From Dehalococcoidia bacterium (GTDB lineage: Bacteria; Chloroflexota; Dehalococcoidia; Lucifugimonadales; UBA3495), in NCBI GenBank assembly GCA_965205495.1, contig CBDBHA010000002.1:1782326-1846325 (forward strand): DNA of 64,000 nt. The letters run 5' to 3'. Below are positions 61,690 to 64,000 of the stretch, in pieces. Positions within the stretch are counted from its first letter, which is position 1. Every line of letters begins with the position of its first letter. The notes beneath the pieces are model-generated. The model was not told the origin of the DNA and did not search any database. It saw nothing but the letters and a program-made list of their open reading frames with translations. Made by a program: the position numbers and the translations under genes.

Positions 61690-62560
61690 GAACCTGTTTA
61701 CAATCTCTTCAGGATTAGCGCCGCGAAGGCAAGCACGACCATTTGCAGGCTGGTATCGAGCTTTCTTTCGCAGTTCTTCCAGAGTCGGCGGCACTTTTCC
61801 AGCCAGGCGAAAGACCGCTCCACCACCCATCGCTTCGGCAGTACTACGAAGGTGTGCATCTCATTGCGTTTCACCACCTCCACCGACGCTCCCAGCAGGC
61901 TCTGCACCCCAGCGGCAAAGGGCTCCCCAGTGTAACCCCCGTCCACCAGCACGTTCTGCACCAAGCTGAGGCCGTCCCGGTGCTGGTCAAACATCGCCAA
62001 AGCCCCAGCCCGGTCGGTGACGTTCGCCGTGGTCACGTGGATCGCATGGGGCAACCCCTGAGTATCCACCGCGATGTGGCGCTTGATTCCAGACACCTTC
62101 TTCCCCGCGTCATAGCCCTTCTGCTCGGCGCTGTCCGTGTTCTTGACGCTCTGGGAGTCCACGATGCAGAAGCTGCTCTGCTCTTTCCGACCATTGCTTC
62201 TCCGGGCCGCGCCAACCAATTTTTTTTAAGACTTGCTCCAGAATGGACTCTTGCTCTGGGTCAGGCCGCTCGCTCCATTGCTGGAAATACTGGTAGCAGG
62301 TGCCCCAATTGGGGAAGTCCGCAGGGAGCATCCGCCACTGGCACCCGCTTTTCAAAAGATAGAGCACCCCGCAGAAAACGTCGTACAAGTCCACGGTGCG
62401 GGGCTTGGTCCGGCGGCGGGCCGACTCCAAATCCGGCAGAATCCGGGTAAATTGCTCCCGGCTGATGTCGCTGGGATAGGAATGAGACATGATTGCCCCT
62501 CCCTCCGGTAATCGTCTCAACTTATCATATTTTAGAGATTGCAAACAGGTTCTTAGGCGG
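61690..62560 (-). mobile_element. IS5-family insertion sequence (871 bp), a different element from the one at 41626
   Basis: Inverted repeats GAACCTGTTTACAATCTCT and AGAGATTGCAAACAGGTTC (18/19). The flanks TCA and TTA (T-N-A) are imperfect. It lies inside the tubulin-like gene. Confidence 0.88.
61698..62490 (-). CDS. IS5-family DDE transposase in two frames (orfA from 62490; orfB in the +1 frame after an A8 run at 62227-62220)
   Basis: MSHSYPSDISREQFTRILP.. (DUF4096-type), then ..[38 protein letters not shown].. and a DDE core. orfA is also open upstream into the host gene. Confidence 0.85.
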
Positions 62561-62798
62561 AACACGCCAGCCAGCTTGCTGCCCGCCTCGCCACAGCCCA
62601 CCAAGCAAATGGAATGGAGTTCTTTTGAACGGATTTCCTGGTTAAAATAGTCCAGGACCGAGTCTCGGATGTCGAGGTTTTGCTGGGACTCGTTAACCTG
62701 TACCACTTACCACCTCGTCAGTCGTCTGGGGACCCCCAAGCAACGTTGGGCGACCCGCGGAAACCCTGGAAGACCGCAACCTGTGTGATATTGACGTA

Positions 62799-62827
62799 AT
62801 AATATTTTACACGATAAGATTAGTCAA
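62799..62827 (-). promoter_or_regulatory. near-consensus sigma70 promoter of the tubulin-like / TSP3 operon
   Basis: Minus strand TTGACT (62827-22), 17 nt, TATTAT (62804-799), in an A/T-rich divergent intergenic region about 90 nt upstream of the GTG at 62706. Confidence 0.6.
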
Positions 62828-62931
62828 CCTTGGGACCCTAGACGTTTCCTTTGGCCCGTAGCAATGGGTTAAGAATTGCTAAACATTGACTTGACCGTCG
62901 CGGGTGATTCCGGATTCCGGTAGAGGCCCGA

Positions 62932-64000
62932 TTGATAGAAATCTTCTTACAGGCAATTCATCCGCTGGTATTCGTCGTTTTGTTTTCGGCGGGGGTATGC
63001 GCGGCGGCGGCCGTTGGGGCGTTGGTGCTGCAACGTATTGCCGAGCAATTGGAAGGTCCCGGTCCCGCCTACACCCTGCCCGGTTGGGTGAAGTTCTTCT
63101 TGCCGCTTTTGGTGACCGCAACCGCGGCCTGCGGTTTGTTCTGGCTGCGCCCCATCTGGCAGGAACCCTTGGAATTCTGGGTCAATGTCACTTTTTGGCT
63201 ATTGCTTTGTGCCGGGTTGTTCCTTTCTCTGTCAGTGGCGGCGGGCGTCACTTATTGGAAAGACCACTGGAGACCTGGGAAGGTGGTGGCCGGTGGAATA
63301 CTTGGCATATTTTTGTTGGGAGTCATGTTAACGGAGGCCGTCGACGACAGGCCGGTTTCCGGCAACCCCCAACCGTTTGACCAGGCCGGCAGCAGGGTTG
63401 TTCTTGCCAAGGGGGTGGAGATAGAGGTCAAGCCTTGGCGGGAAGCGGTTAAGGTGGGAGAGATAGTCCCCCTGGGCGTGACCGTCAGGAACAGTTCGGG
63501 TGTTAACATCTCCGACCTGACCATTCAACCGGTCCAGGTATCCGAGTCCGTGATTGTAGATTGGCAGTCCCGCTCCCTCGGCAACCTTCAAGACACAGCC
63601 ACTTGGGGCCCCGAGCTTTTTGAGGCGCAATTGCTGAAACCGGGCGACCAGGAGGTTGAGTTCCGGTTGAGTTACATCGATGCGCCTACGCAGAGGCCCA
63701 GGCAAGTATCTCAGCGGTGGACCGGGACGGTTGGTGGTCCCAGTTTGGAGGTCCAACGTTACATTTACAGCGGGCCGGTCGTAACCAGCGGGCAAATCAT
63801 CGACGTCAGACTGTTAATCCGGAACGTGGGAGCAGGGCCGGTCTACCGGCTGCAAATGGAACCCAATCTAATGGAATTCTTCCAATCCTCCACAACATTG
63901 CGTTGGCCCGATATCCTTGAACCTGGCGAAGAGTTTCACGCCTCTTACACCGCAAGAGCGGACCGCGCGGGTGAGGGTCCCTTGGAGGACCCCAACGCCG
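62932..64000 (+). CDS. partial (3'-open) membrane protein: about 4 N-terminal TM helices followed by repeated CARDB/DUF11-like beta-sandwich modules
   Basis: Hand-translated frame with no stop from 62908 to the window end. The first start candidate is TTG 62932. Modules GEIVPLGVTVRNSSGVNISDLTI and GQIIDVRLLIRNVGAGPVYRLQM. Not in the ORF track because it is open-ended. Confidence 0.6.
   Translation, partial: MIEIFLQAIHPLVFVVLFSAGVCAAAAVGALVLQRIAEQLEGPGPAYTLPGWVKFFLPLLVTATAACGLFWLRPIWQEPLEFWVNVTFWLLLCAGLFLSLSVAAGVTYWKDHWRPGKVVAGGILGIFLLGVMLTEAVDDRPVSGNPQPFDQAGSRVVLAKGVEIEVKPWREAVKVGEIVPLGVTVRNSSGVNISDLTIQPVQVSESVIVDWQSRSLGNLQDTATWGPELFEAQLLKPGDQEVEFRLSYIDAPTQRPRQVSQRWTGTVGGPSLEVQRYIYSGPVVTSGQIIDVRLLIRNVGAGPVYRLQMEPNLMEFFQSSTTLRWPDILEPGEEFHASYTARADRAGEGPLEDPNA

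Larger units (their letters stand above)
60341..62706 (-). pseudogene. FtsZ/tubulin-superfamily GTPase gene split by an IS5-family insertion (N-fragment 62706-62564, C-fragment 61689-60341; about 499 aa when rejoined)
   Basis: GTG at 62706 follows GAGGTGG. ICLVGCGEAGSKLA (T1 GxGxxG), SGLGGGTGSGS (T4 signature), IILADNLLL and FGTQLDPANV (T7-like). Excising the IS plus 3 bp restores ..AGVFRL-KPDFVSAVLPG.. in frame. Confidence 0.75.

Overview
GC-rich bacterial chromosomal segment with strong GGAGG-type ribosome-binding sites and many overlapping or ATGA gene junctions. The gene content (LLM/F420-type oxidoreductases, a family-III CoA-transferase, HemQ, DinB, CMD paralogs) is reminiscent of Chloroflexota-like aerobic heterotrophs, but that is inference only. 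I call about 60 protein genes, 3 tRNAs (Ser-GCT, Leu-GAG, Cys-GCA), 2 different IS5-family insertion sequences and at least four families of short interspersed palindromic or MITE-like repeats at more than 25 loci. Several near-consensus sigma70-type promoters and hairpin terminators are also visible.

Housekeeping blocks: atpZ-like operon start, bifunctional nuclease, coaD-rsmD, ribF-tyrS, methylmalonyl-CoA-mutase catalytic subunit, a stand-alone EF-G paralog, rpsU, dtd, miaB-nadA-nadB-nadC plus tRNA-Ser, and yraN-rnhB-mnmA.

Metabolic or accessory blocks: an orphan Mo-hydroxylase large subunit; a CoA-transferase / DUF1326 / CitE-like lyase / enoyl-CoA hydratase cluster; a CDF transporter / unknown membrane protein / CtaG operon; LLM oxidoreductases; NHL, HAD and ComB-like genes; a PEP-mutase family gene; and a Rieske-fusion protein.

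Most unusual is a minus-strand operon running from 62.7 to 55.2 kb, driven by a TTGACT-17-TATTAT promoter. It encodes an FtsZ/tubulin-superfamily GTPase (GGGTGSG signature) that is currently split by an IS5-family insertion. Downstream lie two single-pass membrane proteins carrying 12 and 36 thrombospondin-type-3 Ca-binding repeats, each with a cytoplasmic tail, and a small helical protein. A CARDB-like multi-TM protein is encoded divergently.

Second candidate: an A/T-richer islet at 15.3-17.9 kb with an autoregulated-looking RHH gene and a Cys-rich, glycine-zipper membrane protein of no recognisable family.

Also notable are an in-frame TAG inside a DUF1326 gene and an SD-ATG-TGG-TAA arrangement ahead of the Cys-rich gene. 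Three repeat families share a GGATTCC..GGAATGAC(G/A)G hairpin core with compensatory stem changes.

All family assignments come from reading motifs by eye; no database search was possible, and repeat boundaries are approximate (about +/-10 bp).
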